A stretch of DNA of 64,000 nucleotides from a virus. The translations under genes were made by a program, and so were the position numbers. Below the pieces are notes generated by a model that was not told where the DNA came from, did not search any database, and saw nothing but the letters and a program-made list of their open reading frames with translations. Positions 37,582 to 47,937 of this stretch are shown piece by piece (position 1 is the stretch's first letter; each line of letters begins with the position of its first letter). The stretch lies in the IMG/VR virus record IMGVR_UViG_3300010370_000027. One strand, 5' to 3'.

Positions 37582-40500
37582 TTATTGCTGAGCATAGTCA
37601 TAAGGTTCTATCGTGACAAAGTATTCGTCAAGAGTAACATCTCCGGGAGAAGTATCCCTGTGCTTGTAGGGAAAAGAGCTCTTTGATGTTCCTTGATCTC
37701 CTCCTACAAGCATTCCTAGATTTTTCAAAGACTCAAGCGTTGTCTTTGCAGAAACAGAATCGTCTACATAGAAATCATCTGGGTCGAAGATGACATTAAA
37801 GACTCTATCGAATTTTTTCATATAGCTCATTCTTCTCTTGATTGTCTCTACATTTGTAACAAATGTTTCGTTTTCAAAGTAAGAAAGAAGAGTGTTGTCC
37901 ATGGGGATAACATAAGACTTAGTGTTTGCTGAGGTAGTAGAGCTTGCTAATTTCTCGTCTACGTTAGGAGACTTTACAGAAATATCAAAAGTTTCACCGC
38001 TTGTAGGATCTGTAAATCTTGCTTTTACTTGCTGCGAGATGTCTTGACCAAGCGACATCTTTTTTGCAAAATTAACATAAGATTTAAACTGTTCTTCTGA
38101 AGCAGTAGAAGAATCCTTTATGTTGGAAAAATTGTTATATCTGCTCTCGTCAAAGTGAATATCTGTAAACCACCTAAGATATTCTTCGGAAAGAAAACTA
38201 ATGGAATGGTTGATGTATAGATGAAATTTTTCTTCATCTAGCAGTATGTTTCCGTAAATGTTTGAAGGAAATGCTTCAGTGAAATCTTTGTGAACAGAAA
38301 TATTTCCGTTCGGGGAGACAAGCTTGCTTGGCATGTTAAGCAAGTTAAAATCGTCTTCAATAAATGAAGAATAATTCCAGTTGCTAATAACTCTTGTTGG
38401 AAATCTATTCATTTCAAACAAGTAGGTCTTGGGCAAATACACCACGTCTGGATGGAGTCTATCCAGCTTATACACTTTGATCTTGATAAGGCTTTGCTTT
38501 ATTGCCTTCTCTCCCCCGGACGAAGATCTCAATATTGTTCTTAAATTTCTATTGAGCCTTGGAGGTATTCCTACTGACAATATCTTTTTATTGTTACCTT
38601 TCTCCTTTAAGAATTCAACTGACTTGAAGTAAGGAGAAAGCATCGTATAAGAGATTATGTCTGTTTCATTAATAGGTAAAAACTCAGTAAAACCTACAGG
38701 GAAATCTGTGAAAGAAGGAATTGACTTTAGCTTGCCTTCTAGATCATTAGATTCTTTTATCCTGTCTCCTATCTCGGACATAACGTAGCGAGAAAGCCTT
38801 ATTTGCTCCTCAGAAAAAGAAAGATTCAGCAAAGAAACTTTTTGATTTTTGTCAAGATTGTCATCTGCATCGTAAAGACTCTTGATGCTAGCAATGTGCG
38901 ACTCGAAATTATTCTTCAAGAACGTTCTAAAGAAATTAAGACTTGTACCCAGATCTAGCAAGTACTTTCTAAAGACTGCAACTTGCCTTATGATAGAGTC
39001 ATCTTCTGACTTCAAAAAACTGATAGCATCAGAAAGTTTCTTAACGTACTTTTTTGGCTTGTGTCCAGTTTTTATGTATCTTGCATTGTAGATCTCATTG
39101 AGCTGATTCTTAGCGACAGGGCTGATTAGAAATCCAGTCTCTGATATTGTAATCGTCTTAAAAGACGAACTATATTCATATGAAGTGCTATAAGATCCCA
39201 GCAGGTTCTCAGGAGTCTGAGAAGAAATTACTCTCAATATCAGGTCAAAGTATCCAAAGATATAGCCGATCTTTGATATTCCAGAGTATCCCGTGTAATC
39301 TCCCGTAAAAAAGAAATTTACGTTAAGTAACTCTTTAAAAATAGAGATAATTTCAGACCATAATCCTTTGTCTGCATCTAACTGGAATATTCTACTACTG
39401 ACCGACTGAACGTAAGTTATGAGAGCAGCTTTTTTCTCTCTAACAGCCTCTGTATCGTTAGAAGACTCCGCGTAAGTTCCTATGTCAGGTGAGTTTCCGA
39501 CAGAAAAAGGAAATGTTCGTGCTTCTTTTGATGCAGCTATTATTTCTTGACCTGTCGTATTTACAGTTATTGATGAAAAATAAGAAGAAATTCTATTCTT
39601 TAGATCACTTATAGTCGATTCATTGCCAATAGAAGGATCTAATTGCTTTAATGCAACGTTTAAAAGCCAAAGAAAGAGTAGTGACTTTAGCTTATTTGAA
39701 GTTCTTTCATAATTTTTAGTTGGATAAACTGCAGCTTTACAGATAAGAGAGACTAACCTTATACCAATAGACTCACTGGTGGTTAGACCGAAACCTGTTC
39801 TCATATAAGAAGCATCTAGAGAATTTATTTCATCAGCAGAAGAGATGACCATGCATTTTTGGTACGTGGTTGCAACATTAGAAAATCTGTCAACAAGACT
39901 TTCAAGAGATACTAGGCCTTCATACTTTCTCCTGTAGTCTTCATTAACTCCAGAGACATTAGAGTTTCTTTGTATGTTGTAGCCTAAAATGTCAATGATT
40001 GTCTTGGTTGTATCGTGTGCTTCTTTTGTTTTTCCAATTAATTTGTCAAGACGAGAAATATCAAAAGACGTCCCGTCTTGAGTCGTTAAAGAGCTATCAA
40101 TGTAATAGTTCGAACCAGGTGTAATACCTGATCCTTCGATCACGTTATTTTCAAAAGTTAAAACGTCGTAAGAGTCATCTCCTTGTGAGACAATCTCTTG
40201 AGAAAAAGAAGAAAGAGACTTTCCTTTTCCTGTCGGGTTTTTTGAAAATTCAAGAATAGACTTTGGAAATCTTCCAACAACGTAATCCCATAGCTGCAAG
40301 TTATCACCTACAGGTGAAGACCTGTATCCGAACTTGTACTCTATGTTAGATGAATTTTCCGGGTTTAGGATGTAAACTGAATAGATGGCTTCTTTAAAGA
40401 CTGAGTTTGAAGCTATCGATATGTCTCTTCCTGAGTCTGAATATGAACCCAGCAAGTTGTTTAAAACTTTTGCTGTTAAGCTCTTTGACTTGATGTTGTT

Positions 40501-41517
40501 AGTTACGTTGATCTCAGAAAGATTGACGTATTTTTTATCGTCAAACCTAGACATCTCAGTAATATTGTCTTCTATCTTTTCGAATGAAGTAACTTCCTGT
40601 AGACTTGGAAGGTCTGAATAGGGATTTAACCATATTCTTTTTATTCCTTCAGGTTGATTTTCTATGTCTGAAAGCTCGAATGGATCACTGTCTGTTTTTG
40701 TATTTTTTCTATTAACTTTCGTAGAAGTTAAGTCTGGGCTGTGTGTCAAGAGAGATCTTTTTAACTCTACGAGAGACTGATTCCAGAGCTTTGACTCTGT
40801 AAATTTAGCTATGTTTTCTGAGCTGTAGCCTGCTCTCTTCAGTATCTCATACAGACTACCAATTGAATCTCTGGTGGCGAAGCTTGGTATTGAATAAGAG
40901 CTTAAGTCTAGTGCTTCAAGTGCTTTTGAAGTAGTGTTAGAAAGCTGATTTAGAAAAGAGTCTTCTTTTGAGATATAGAAAGACAGCTCTTCTTTGTTAG
41001 ATTTGATAAATGACTTAGTATCAATGCTTTGAGAGAGAATATTGATGGCAGTCTTTGCATTAATGATCTTTGAATTTTCTTTTAAACTCAAAGCTTTTCC
41101 TTGATCACTTTTTTGATTACTGGAAAAGATAGGAATAAACTCGGACATCAGTATTACACTGGGTTCTGTCTCTACGATTCCCGTGTATTGAGAAAAAACT
41201 TTCTGATTTGAATTTGAAGGAGATGTTACCTCTAGATCAACGGAATCTTGAAAAAGATTTGGTATCTCTAACTGCTTGTGAAGTATTGGTGGTTTGATTG
41301 AAACTATGGGTAATTTATTAGCTACGCTACTTAAGCTAGAAGCAAATTCCTCTATTCTTGCAGAAGAAAATAAGCTCTGTGCATTCTGCTGATTAAAATT
41401 TGTCGAAGAATTGGCTTTCGAAGGTGTCGGAGAAGCACTCGTGACGGGGGTAGAATGAAGTGTAGTAGAAGGTATCTTCGATGCCGTTCCGCTAAACAAT
41501 TTTGAAGATTTAATCAT
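37582..41517 (-). CDS. Very large Ser-rich hypothetical protein (1311 aa)
   Basis: Uninterrupted ORF in the structural operon; no recognisable motif. Confidence 0.6.
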   Translation of the reverse strand: MIKSSKLFSGTASKIPSTTLHSTPVTSASPTPSKANSSTNFNQQNAQSLFSSARIEEFASSLSSVANKLPIVSIKPPILHKQLEIPNLFQDSVDLEVTSPSNSNQKVFSQYTGIVETEPSVILMSEFIPIFSSNQKSDQGKALSLKENSKIINAKTAINILSQSIDTKSFIKSNKEELSFYISKEDSFLNQLSNTTSKALEALDLSSYSIPSFATRDSIGSLYEILKRAGYSSENIAKFTESKLWNQSLVELKRSLLTHSPDLTSTKVNRKNTKTDSDPFELSDIENQPEGIKRIWLNPYSDLPSLQEVTSFEKIEDNITEMSRFDDKKYVNLSEINVTNNIKSKSLTAKVLNNLLGSYSDSGRDISIASNSVFKEAIYSVYILNPENSSNIEYKFGYRSSPVGDNLQLWDYVVGRFPKSILEFSKNPTGKGKSLSSFSQEIVSQGDDSYDVLTFENNVIEGSGITPGSNYYIDSSLTTQDGTSFDISRLDKLIGKTKEAHDTTKTIIDILGYNIQRNSNVSGVNEDYRRKYEGLVSLESLVDRFSNVATTYQKCMVISSADEINSLDASYMRTGFGLTTSESIGIRLVSLICKAAVYPTKNYERTSNKLKSLLFLWLLNVALKQLDPSIGNESTISDLKNRISSYFSSITVNTTGQEIIAASKEARTFPFSVGNSPDIGTYAESSNDTEAVREKKAALITYVQSVSSRIFQLDADKGLWSEIISIFKELLNVNFFFTGDYTGYSGISKIGYIFGYFDLILRVISSQTPENLLGSYSTSYEYSSSFKTITISETGFLISPVAKNQLNEIYNARYIKTGHKPKKYVKKLSDAISFLKSEDDSIIRQVAVFRKYLLDLGTSLNFFRTFLKNNFESHIASIKSLYDADDNLDKNQKVSLLNLSFSEEQIRLSRYVMSEIGDRIKESNDLEGKLKSIPSFTDFPVGFTEFLPINETDIISYTMLSPYFKSVEFLKEKGNNKKILSVGIPPRLNRNLRTILRSSSGGEKAIKQSLIKIKVYKLDRLHPDVVYLPKTYLFEMNRFPTRVISNWNYSSFIEDDFNLLNMPSKLVSPNGNISVHKDFTEAFPSNIYGNILLDEEKFHLYINHSISFLSEEYLRWFTDIHFDESRYNNFSNIKDSSTASEEQFKSYVNFAKKMSLGQDISQQVKARFTDPTSGETFDISVKSPNVDEKLASSTTSANTKSYVIPMDNTLLSYFENETFVTNVETIKRRMSYMKKFDRVFNVIFDPDDFYVDDSVSAKTTLESLKNLGMLVGGDQGTSKSSFPYKHRDTSPGDVTLDEYFVTIEPYDYAQQ

Positions 41518-41540
41518 TTTTATTGCCCTGATGTTTCTCT

Positions 41541-44216
41541 TTAAAATTTCTTTATCAATTTATTTTGCATAATCGAAGAAAGCAACGACTTGTTCTTCTC
41601 TGCACTAAAGAGACCGTCTTTTACTTTTGAAACCGTGTCATTTGATAAAGAAGTGCCTGAGGTCGTCGCCTTAATTCTAGGTGTTATTCCTTCTGGAGAG
41701 ATGTAAATTACATCTGAATAACCGGGAGAGTCTATGTCAAATTCCGACATGATCGGAACTATTATGTAGTACAAGGATCCAACATCATTCTCTGAAAGTT
41801 GATGATAGATGTAATTTTTGCAGGTTCTTCCAACAAAACTTCTTACACCATTTACTACTTTCATCACAATGAATGAATCAATCAAATCTTGTGAATTATT
41901 TTCAGATGTCCAGCTTAGCTTCACTGTATTGACATCCACCCTATCGAGATTTATTTGACTTATTGAAAAATATTGGGTAGAACCATCTGTTTGGTACTGT
42001 GCAGTTATTCCGAAAGGCTCTGAAGTAAAATTATCGTATGCATCCACGACAGGTGTTCCCTGTGTGTCATCGGCATATAGCTTCCCGAGCTTAACAACAG
42101 GCTGTTTCCATTTGTAAGGAAGATAAAACCATTCTCTTCCTTTCACGTCTATTCCTCTTGCAACAAATTTTTTGAAGATTTCTATAGGATTCTTCTTGTA
42201 TGTGAAAACTTGATAGCTGTAAACATGCTGAGGATTTATGGGCTTTATGTTTGAAAGTATCTGAGTTTCTTGATTATCTTTGAAAGTTCCATCAGATACA
42301 AGCTCAAAAGTCTCCCTCTCAGAAGTATTTAAGTTTGTTCTTACAACCTCATGAAAAAATAAATTCGAATACTGCGGAATTCCCTTGTCTCCCTCTCCAA
42401 GAGGCGAGGATGAGTTAGTAGCAGGATTCAAATATTGATCATAAACTTCACCTAATTGATCCTTTAGAGTTTGAGTTATTTTTTCATTTTCAGACTTTGA
42501 AATGCTTGTCGACAAATCAAATGTAACTTCGTAAGACTCTCCTGAATTTTTCATAGAAGGATTGGACAATTTTACGTTTATTGATCCTTCTGAAAATGAT
42601 CCGTGAGAATTTCTAAAAATAGCATAATTTGAAAAATTAGGCTTTTCTTCTTTCGTTTCATTAGAAAGACTGATTGCTATAACGTAATACTCGTATGTTC
42701 TTCCAATCTCTGTTGACTGGTCTGTGATAACAGCATTGACACCGGGTTTGTCAAATTTTATAGATTCAATAGCATAGAAAGAACCGTCAATGTTGTCGGT
42801 ACAGTCTCTTCTATACAAAGTCAAAGAAATACAGTCATTTGGAATGTTAAGAACATCTATTTTTATCTGATTTTTCCCAAAGTGACTGGGTAATATCGTT
42901 AGATTTCCGATGCTTTTATGCCCAGAACCTACAACTATATTCGTAAAAACATTTGACTCTTTATTCTGAGAATCGGTTGGTATCACCCTGATAACTGAAA
43001 GTTTAGACTTAGCAAAAAATTTATACTCAGTTATCTTTTCGTTTTTTACCTCTCCCAGCTTCTGATAAGAACTAGCAGAACCTTGTTCATCTACTGATTT
43101 TATGTAAATATTGTATCCTTGAATTTTGCCAGGTACTTCTCTGTCAACTATTGTTAGAACGTGGATATTCTTATTTTGATAAGAAACTTTTAAGTCGGGA
43201 GGTGTTGAAATACATTCAAATGCTTCGACATGACTTGGTACAAACAAGTCTGTGGAGTAAGTTTCTTCAACTACATTAGATCCAATTCTATAAAGATCAA
43301 ATCTTACTGTTAGATTTAGATTCTTATTTCCTTTTAAGATTGGAATTAATTGACTTACTTCTAAGTCTTCAACATTTTTTGTTGTAACTCTCTTGTCGTA
43401 CCAAACCGCTGTTTCTTCAACTGTTCCCGGTGGAACGTCATTTAAATAATATTTTGCAATATCGAAGAAAAGAGCAGGTCTACCCTTTGATATTTCAGAC
43501 ATTCTTAGTCTGGGATTGTCAATAAGGGACTCAGACGTAAGACCTTTTATAGTGTCTTCAGTGACTGGCTGTGTTATGTCACAAAGCTCAGAATTAATTC
43601 TTCCAATGACAAAGAAAGGATTTATCCTTGAAGTATCTTGATCATTAACTGTGGAGGAATTTTCGTCTGCAACAAGTTCATTTCTGAGTTTTGAATCTCT
43701 GTTTCTTGCTTCCTGTATGTTTCTTTTATATGTGTCTGCATATAGTTCAACAAAACTGTATTTTTCAGTGAGGGCTTCACTCACAAGAGAAGAAATGGGA
43801 ACGTTAGTCTGAGAAATAAACTGTTCTTTTTTCTGTATGTCTTTGACTAATTGCAATCCTGAATATAGCTTTTTAGTAACTTTGCTGGGTAGAGATGGAG
43901 AAGATAATGATTGATTAAGCCCAGATGTCATTCTGTTTTTCAATGAAACATTTGGTACTTTTTCCATCACTGAATTGGCAACACTAGAAAACATAGAAGA
44001 AGCAGAAGCTTCTTCAGTTTCTTTTCTTTTGACAGTTATTACTACTTTTTCATAATCTTCAGGATTTTTCCTTGTATTTGTAAGAGAAATTCTAAAGGAA
44101 AACTTGAAATTGAAAAATTCTTCGGTTTGTCCAACTATCTCTGCAAATGTATCATTATTGATCTTCAGAATAGAAGAAGATGTATCAAATACGGCAGGCT
44201 TTTGAAAAATTTTCAT
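41541..44216 (-). CDS. Large hypothetical protein with FN3-like repeats
   Basis: GYNIYIK, LYRRD...YEYYVIA, VKLSW...YYIIVP. Confidence 0.55.
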   Translation of the reverse strand: MKIFQKPAVFDTSSSILKINNDTFAEIVGQTEEFFNFKFSFRISLTNTRKNPEDYEKVVITVKRKETEEASASSMFSSVANSVMEKVPNVSLKNRMTSGLNQSLSSPSLPSKVTKKLYSGLQLVKDIQKKEQFISQTNVPISSLVSEALTEKYSFVELYADTYKRNIQEARNRDSKLRNELVADENSSTVNDQDTSRINPFFVIGRINSELCDITQPVTEDTIKGLTSESLIDNPRLRMSEISKGRPALFFDIAKYYLNDVPPGTVEETAVWYDKRVTTKNVEDLEVSQLIPILKGNKNLNLTVRFDLYRIGSNVVEETYSTDLFVPSHVEAFECISTPPDLKVSYQNKNIHVLTIVDREVPGKIQGYNIYIKSVDEQGSASSYQKLGEVKNEKITEYKFFAKSKLSVIRVIPTDSQNKESNVFTNIVVGSGHKSIGNLTILPSHFGKNQIKIDVLNIPNDCISLTLYRRDCTDNIDGSFYAIESIKFDKPGVNAVITDQSTEIGRTYEYYVIAISLSNETKEEKPNFSNYAIFRNSHGSFSEGSINVKLSNPSMKNSGESYEVTFDLSTSISKSENEKITQTLKDQLGEVYDQYLNPATNSSSPLGEGDKGIPQYSNLFFHEVVRTNLNTSERETFELVSDGTFKDNQETQILSNIKPINPQHVYSYQVFTYKKNPIEIFKKFVARGIDVKGREWFYLPYKWKQPVVKLGKLYADDTQGTPVVDAYDNFTSEPFGITAQYQTDGSTQYFSISQINLDRVDVNTVKLSWTSENNSQDLIDSFIVMKVVNGVRSFVGRTCKNYIYHQLSENDVGSLYYIIVPIMSEFDIDSPGYSDVIYISPEGITPRIKATTSGTSLSNDTVSKVKDGLFSAEKNKSLLSSIMQNKLIKKF

Positions 44217-45664
44217 TTAACGACCTCGACCGACTTCCTGTCATCTCTTGAAAAAATCAGAGTAAACATGTTAACAAAACAAGTTGTCCCTCTGTTGTCC
44301 AAGAACGTCTTTCCTACAAAGAAGACTCTATTGTTATCAGGAGAACTTTCTTGCATATCATTTGAAATGTTTCCAAAATCAACGATGTCTAACTTGCTGA
44401 CGTTGTTGCTTGTAACTTCAAAAAATTGCCCAATAATTCTGTTCTTCTTAGAAGTTACGTTAAAGTATACGGGTATTTGAGTCTCTTCATACGATTTAAC
44501 TTCTTCCATAAGCTTAGAAAACGTAAGCTTCTTCTCATTGTCTCCCCAAGACGGGTAATTACCAAGAAAATAAGGAGATAAATTTTCTATCTTTGACTTG
44601 TCTGGTAGTAACGAGTCTGAAGTCTTGACAATCGGCGGGAGATACATAAAATTTTCTAAGTGGCTCATCTTGTTATCGTTAAAAAGAGAGTCAATAGAAT
44701 TGAGTGTGGGAGGTGATTCTTTAAAAGATTTTAAAACTTTTGTAGAAGATCGAGAAAGATCAAAAGTCAAATCTTCCGTAGATAGAATGAATTGATCGTC
44801 TTCAAAAAGTCTATCGATGCTTGCTATCGTCTGTAAATCTAGGAAATTGTCCAATGATGAAGTTAAGATGCCCTTTATCTGTGTGGCAAAAGAAGCATTT
44901 TCAATTTCATCAACAAGTAATTTTCCACCAATTGCACCCTCTTCTATCAAGAGAGGAGAAGAAAGTGTACCTGTTGCAAAAATTTTTGTTCCAACAAAAG
45001 TGTCTAAGACATCAAGATAGACAGAATCATTTACAGCCCTGCAAGAAACATTTGGACCACCTATGTTCTTTAGACCATCAATCGCTCCTGAAATAGCAGT
45101 AGAAAATTCTTTTGGACCAACTCCTCCACGAGTTCCAACATAAGCTACGAAAGGTCCGCCCAGTGCGGGAGAAATAACTTGGTATGATCCGCCTTGAAGA
45201 CTTGATCTGACTAAGATACTTCCTGTTATTCCCAGAGTATCTGAATAAATGAATCCTTTGTTGTCATCATTGACATTTTCAGATATTAAAGAAGTCTTTA
45301 CTCTTCTTCCGTGATGGTATTGATAGGCAGTCAATCTTCCGTTGACTATGGAGCCTTCAGAGTATTCTGAAGGTATATTTCCTCCAAGATTGCTAACTTT
45401 AATGTCATGAGATCTGAAAGGTACTAGCTTACCTTCATCATTCGCTTCAAAAGTTATTTGGTCTTGGGGGAGATTGCAAGCTTCAAAATAAATTCTTCCT
45501 GTTGGATCTTGATGACCATCCATTAAATCAGGAACATAAGATACACCTGAATCTGTAAAAGTGACATAAGAAACCTCAAATGTTCCTTCTGCCATTTGTC
45601 GTCTACCTTCAGACGTAAGGATGGCATCAATTATTCTCGACTTGCTATCTAAAATTCCGCTCAT
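44213..45664 (-). CDS. Putative baseplate/tail structural protein
   Basis: MSGILD...IDAILTSEGRRQMA...YVTFTDSGVSY, paralogous to the N-terminus of 34799..35551. Confidence 0.55.
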   Translation of the reverse strand: MSGILDSKSRIIDAILTSEGRRQMAEGTFEVSYVTFTDSGVSYVPDLMDGHQDPTGRIYFEACNLPQDQITFEANDEGKLVPFRSHDIKVSNLGGNIPSEYSEGSIVNGRLTAYQYHHGRRVKTSLISENVNDDNKGFIYSDTLGITGSILVRSSLQGGSYQVISPALGGPFVAYVGTRGGVGPKEFSTAISGAIDGLKNIGGPNVSCRAVNDSVYLDVLDTFVGTKIFATGTLSSPLLIEEGAIGGKLLVDEIENASFATQIKGILTSSLDNFLDLQTIASIDRLFEDDQFILSTEDLTFDLSRSSTKVLKSFKESPPTLNSIDSLFNDNKMSHLENFMYLPPIVKTSDSLLPDKSKIENLSPYFLGNYPSWGDNEKKLTFSKLMEEVKSYEETQIPVYFNVTSKKNRIIGQFFEVTSNNVSKLDIVDFGNISNDMQESSPDNNRVFFVGKTFLDNRGTTCFVNMFTLIFSRDDRKSVEVVK

Positions 45665-45713
45665 TGCTCTTTAGGAAAATATGGCGAGACATCAATATCT
45701 AGCCACCTTTAGA

Positions 45714-47117
45714 TCAAAGAATCTTAGATGCAAGTGTTGCCAGCTCACTTCTCTCTCCCTTCAAGAGGGTCACGTGCCCAGAAATATCATATTCTTTGAA
45801 CTTCTCTACAGCGTGTGTGAGTCCGTTTGTGAATGTATCTACGTGGTTATTGTCAATCTGCTCAACGTCACCAGTAAGGACAATCTTCGTTCCCTCCCCG
45901 GCTCTCGTTACAATAGTCTTGAGCTCATGCATCGAGAGGTTCTGAGCCTCGTCTATGATGATAAAAGCGTTAGGAATAGAACGACCACGGATGAAGGTAA
46001 TGGCCTCGACCTCGATGAGTCCCTTAGACTGCATGAGCTCAAGGAACGGGTCTTTACTGAGACCTGAAACACCGCTTCCTCCCATGAGTTCATCTGACTT
46101 CTTTCTTCCTCGAGATTGTCCCTTCTTTCCTGACTTACTGCTTAGAAGGTACTCTAGATTGTCTCTAATGGGAGCAATCCAGGGTTCCATCTTTTCTGCA
46201 AGAGTACCTGGAAGGAATCCAATGTCTCTACCTACAGGTTGGACGGGGCGTGAAACAATCAGTTTCTGATATGGTCCATCATTTCCCATTGCTTCGAGCT
46301 GCTCTAATCCGGCGGCAATAGCAAGAAGAGTCTTGCCGCAGCCAGCCTTTCCCGTAAGAGTCAAAAGCTTGATGCTAGGGTCCATCAGAAGCTCAATAGA
46401 GAATGTTTGCTCTTTGTTACGTGGTTTTACCCCAAAGACTTGATCTATTTTTCTGCAGTGGTGGAGCATATCTCCCTTAACACGACAGATTGCAGACTTA
46501 AGGGTATTTCCTTCTGAATCTACAGACTTGATCACGAGAATCTGGTTGGGGTACAACTTTTCTGAGGTTACGTTGTCTACGTGTATCGAATCTCTCGCGT
46601 AAAACATTTCCACTACTTCGTAGGGAACGACAAACACCTTGACTCCCGTGTAGAGATGCTCGGCTGAATCCGTAGCCCTGTTAGACAGATAATCCTGTGC
46701 CTCGATGCCAAGAGAAGAACACTTAACTCTAACGTTAATGTCCTTCGAAACCAGCACTGCATCAGGATGATCTTTTTTCATCATCAGAACGAATCCGATG
46801 ATCATGTTATCAACAGAAGAACCAAGAACGAGCTCCGGCGGGAGAAGAGCGCTGTATCCCGTAGGCGAAGACATTACTCTAAGTGTTCCTCCGCACGGGA
46901 GAGAGACACCGTCTCTTAGAGATCCTGATTCGCTTATCTTGTCGAGAATTCTGTTTACTTCTCGAGCAGCTCTTCCGACCTCGTCAGACCTTCCCTTATG
47001 TTTATCCAGCTCTTCAAGAACAAGGATAGGAATTATTAAATCATTGTCTTGAAAGTTATTGAAGCAGTTTGGATCGCTTAGGAGGACGTTGGTGTCTAGG
47101 ATGTAAGTTTTTTTCAT
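45714..47117 (-). CDS. phoH: PIN-domain PhoH family ATPase (PhoH2/YlaK type)
   Basis: ILDTNVLL PIN start, ELDKHK, VSKDINVR; RNKEQ, GKAGCGKT, IGFLPG, RGRS, IIDEAQN, GDVEQID, ERSELA. Confidence 0.9.
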   Translation of the reverse strand: MKKTYILDTNVLLSDPNCFNNFQDNDLIIPILVLEELDKHKGRSDEVGRAAREVNRILDKISESGSLRDGVSLPCGGTLRVMSSPTGYSALLPPELVLGSSVDNMIIGFVLMMKKDHPDAVLVSKDINVRVKCSSLGIEAQDYLSNRATDSAEHLYTGVKVFVVPYEVVEMFYARDSIHVDNVTSEKLYPNQILVIKSVDSEGNTLKSAICRVKGDMLHHCRKIDQVFGVKPRNKEQTFSIELLMDPSIKLLTLTGKAGCGKTLLAIAAGLEQLEAMGNDGPYQKLIVSRPVQPVGRDIGFLPGTLAEKMEPWIAPIRDNLEYLLSSKSGKKGQSRGRKKSDELMGGSGVSGLSKDPFLELMQSKGLIEVEAITFIRGRSIPNAFIIIDEAQNLSMHELKTIVTRAGEGTKIVLTGDVEQIDNNHVDTFTNGLTHAVEKFKEYDISGHVTLLKGERSELATLASKIL

Positions 47118-47178
47118 GTGATTTAGAAGTTGACTTATACAAAAATCATTCCTTACTAAAATATCTTACACAAGATCC

Positions 47179-47448
47179 ATGAGTAACAATCAACAAAAAA
47201 TAAAGTTAAATGTGTTGCAAGATAATAAGTGCTACGAAGCAGTTGAAAAAAGCACATGTGCATGTGAAAGAAAGTCATGCAAACAGTGGATCGATTTCCC
47301 GCAAGGTAAAAATTGCACACTAATAACGACTCAAGCCGGACCTTTAACCCTAAGTGAAATAGGAAAGATCTACGGCCTGACGAGAATGCGTATTTGCCAG
47401 ATAGAAAAGAACATCTATCAGAAGATTAGAAGTTTTATTCAGTGCTAA
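47179..47448 (+). CDS. Stand-alone sigma-70 region 4 HTH protein with Cys-rich N-terminus
   Basis: LTLSEIGKIYGLTRMRICQIEK matches region 4.2 (TLEEVG..F.VTRERIRQIE); C..CxC..C..C upstream. Confidence 0.75.
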   Translation: MSNNQQKIKLNVLQDNKCYEAVEKSTCACERKSCKQWIDFPQGKNCTLITTQAGPLTLSEIGKIYGLTRMRICQIEKNIYQKIRSFIQC

Positions 47449-47732
47449 CTGATTGGATCTTCTTCTTTTTTCTTCTTTGGGAAAGGCTTCTTCTTGCTGG
47501 AAGAAGTCTTCTCTTCAGATGCCAAAGGAGTTGTTTCAGTGTTTTCTTCTAGAGATTCAGGAATACTCTTTGCTGTCTCAGAAAGAATAAAATCTTCACT
47601 TGTCTTAACTGGGACATTTTCAGACTTTTCAGAAAGAAAGGCGGCAGGTTTTTCCACCGCCTTTCTTTTCTTTTTAGAATCCTCTCGAAGTTTTTTTGCT
47701 ACAACTCTTCGAAGTAATTCAACATGTCTCAT
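47445..47732 (-). CDS. Basic low-complexity hypothetical protein
   Basis: Likely start MRHVE at 47732, right after the upstream stop. Confidence 0.5.
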   Translation of the reverse strand: MRHVELLRRVVAKKLREDSKKKRKAVEKPAAFLSEKSENVPVKTSEDFILSETAKSIPESLEENTETTPLASEEKTSSSKKKPFPKKKKEEDPIS

Positions 47733-47733
47733 G

Positions 47734-47937
47734 TCACTTCTCTTGCTTCTCTGACTTTTCAGTTTCAAGTGTAAGCTTGACAAGTTCCTTAGACTTTGCC
47801 TGAAGCAATCGAAGTCCCTTGCGAGCTCTCACGCCCGCGGCTGCAACGCCCTTTGCGTTCTTAGCAACATCAGCCTCGAGGCTCTCCACGAGGGTCTTCA
47901 ATTCATTCCACTTCGCTACGATTGGGTTATCACTCAT
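47734..47937 (-). CDS. Histone H1-like (Hc1 family) nucleoid protein
   Basis: KGVAAAGVRARKGL matches the Hc1-family GNKAAxxRxR motif; 67 aa; AGGAGG upstream. Confidence 0.7.
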   Translation of the reverse strand: MSDNPIVAKWNELKTLVESLEADVAKNAKGVAAAGVRARKGLRLLQAKSKELVKLTLETEKSEKQEK

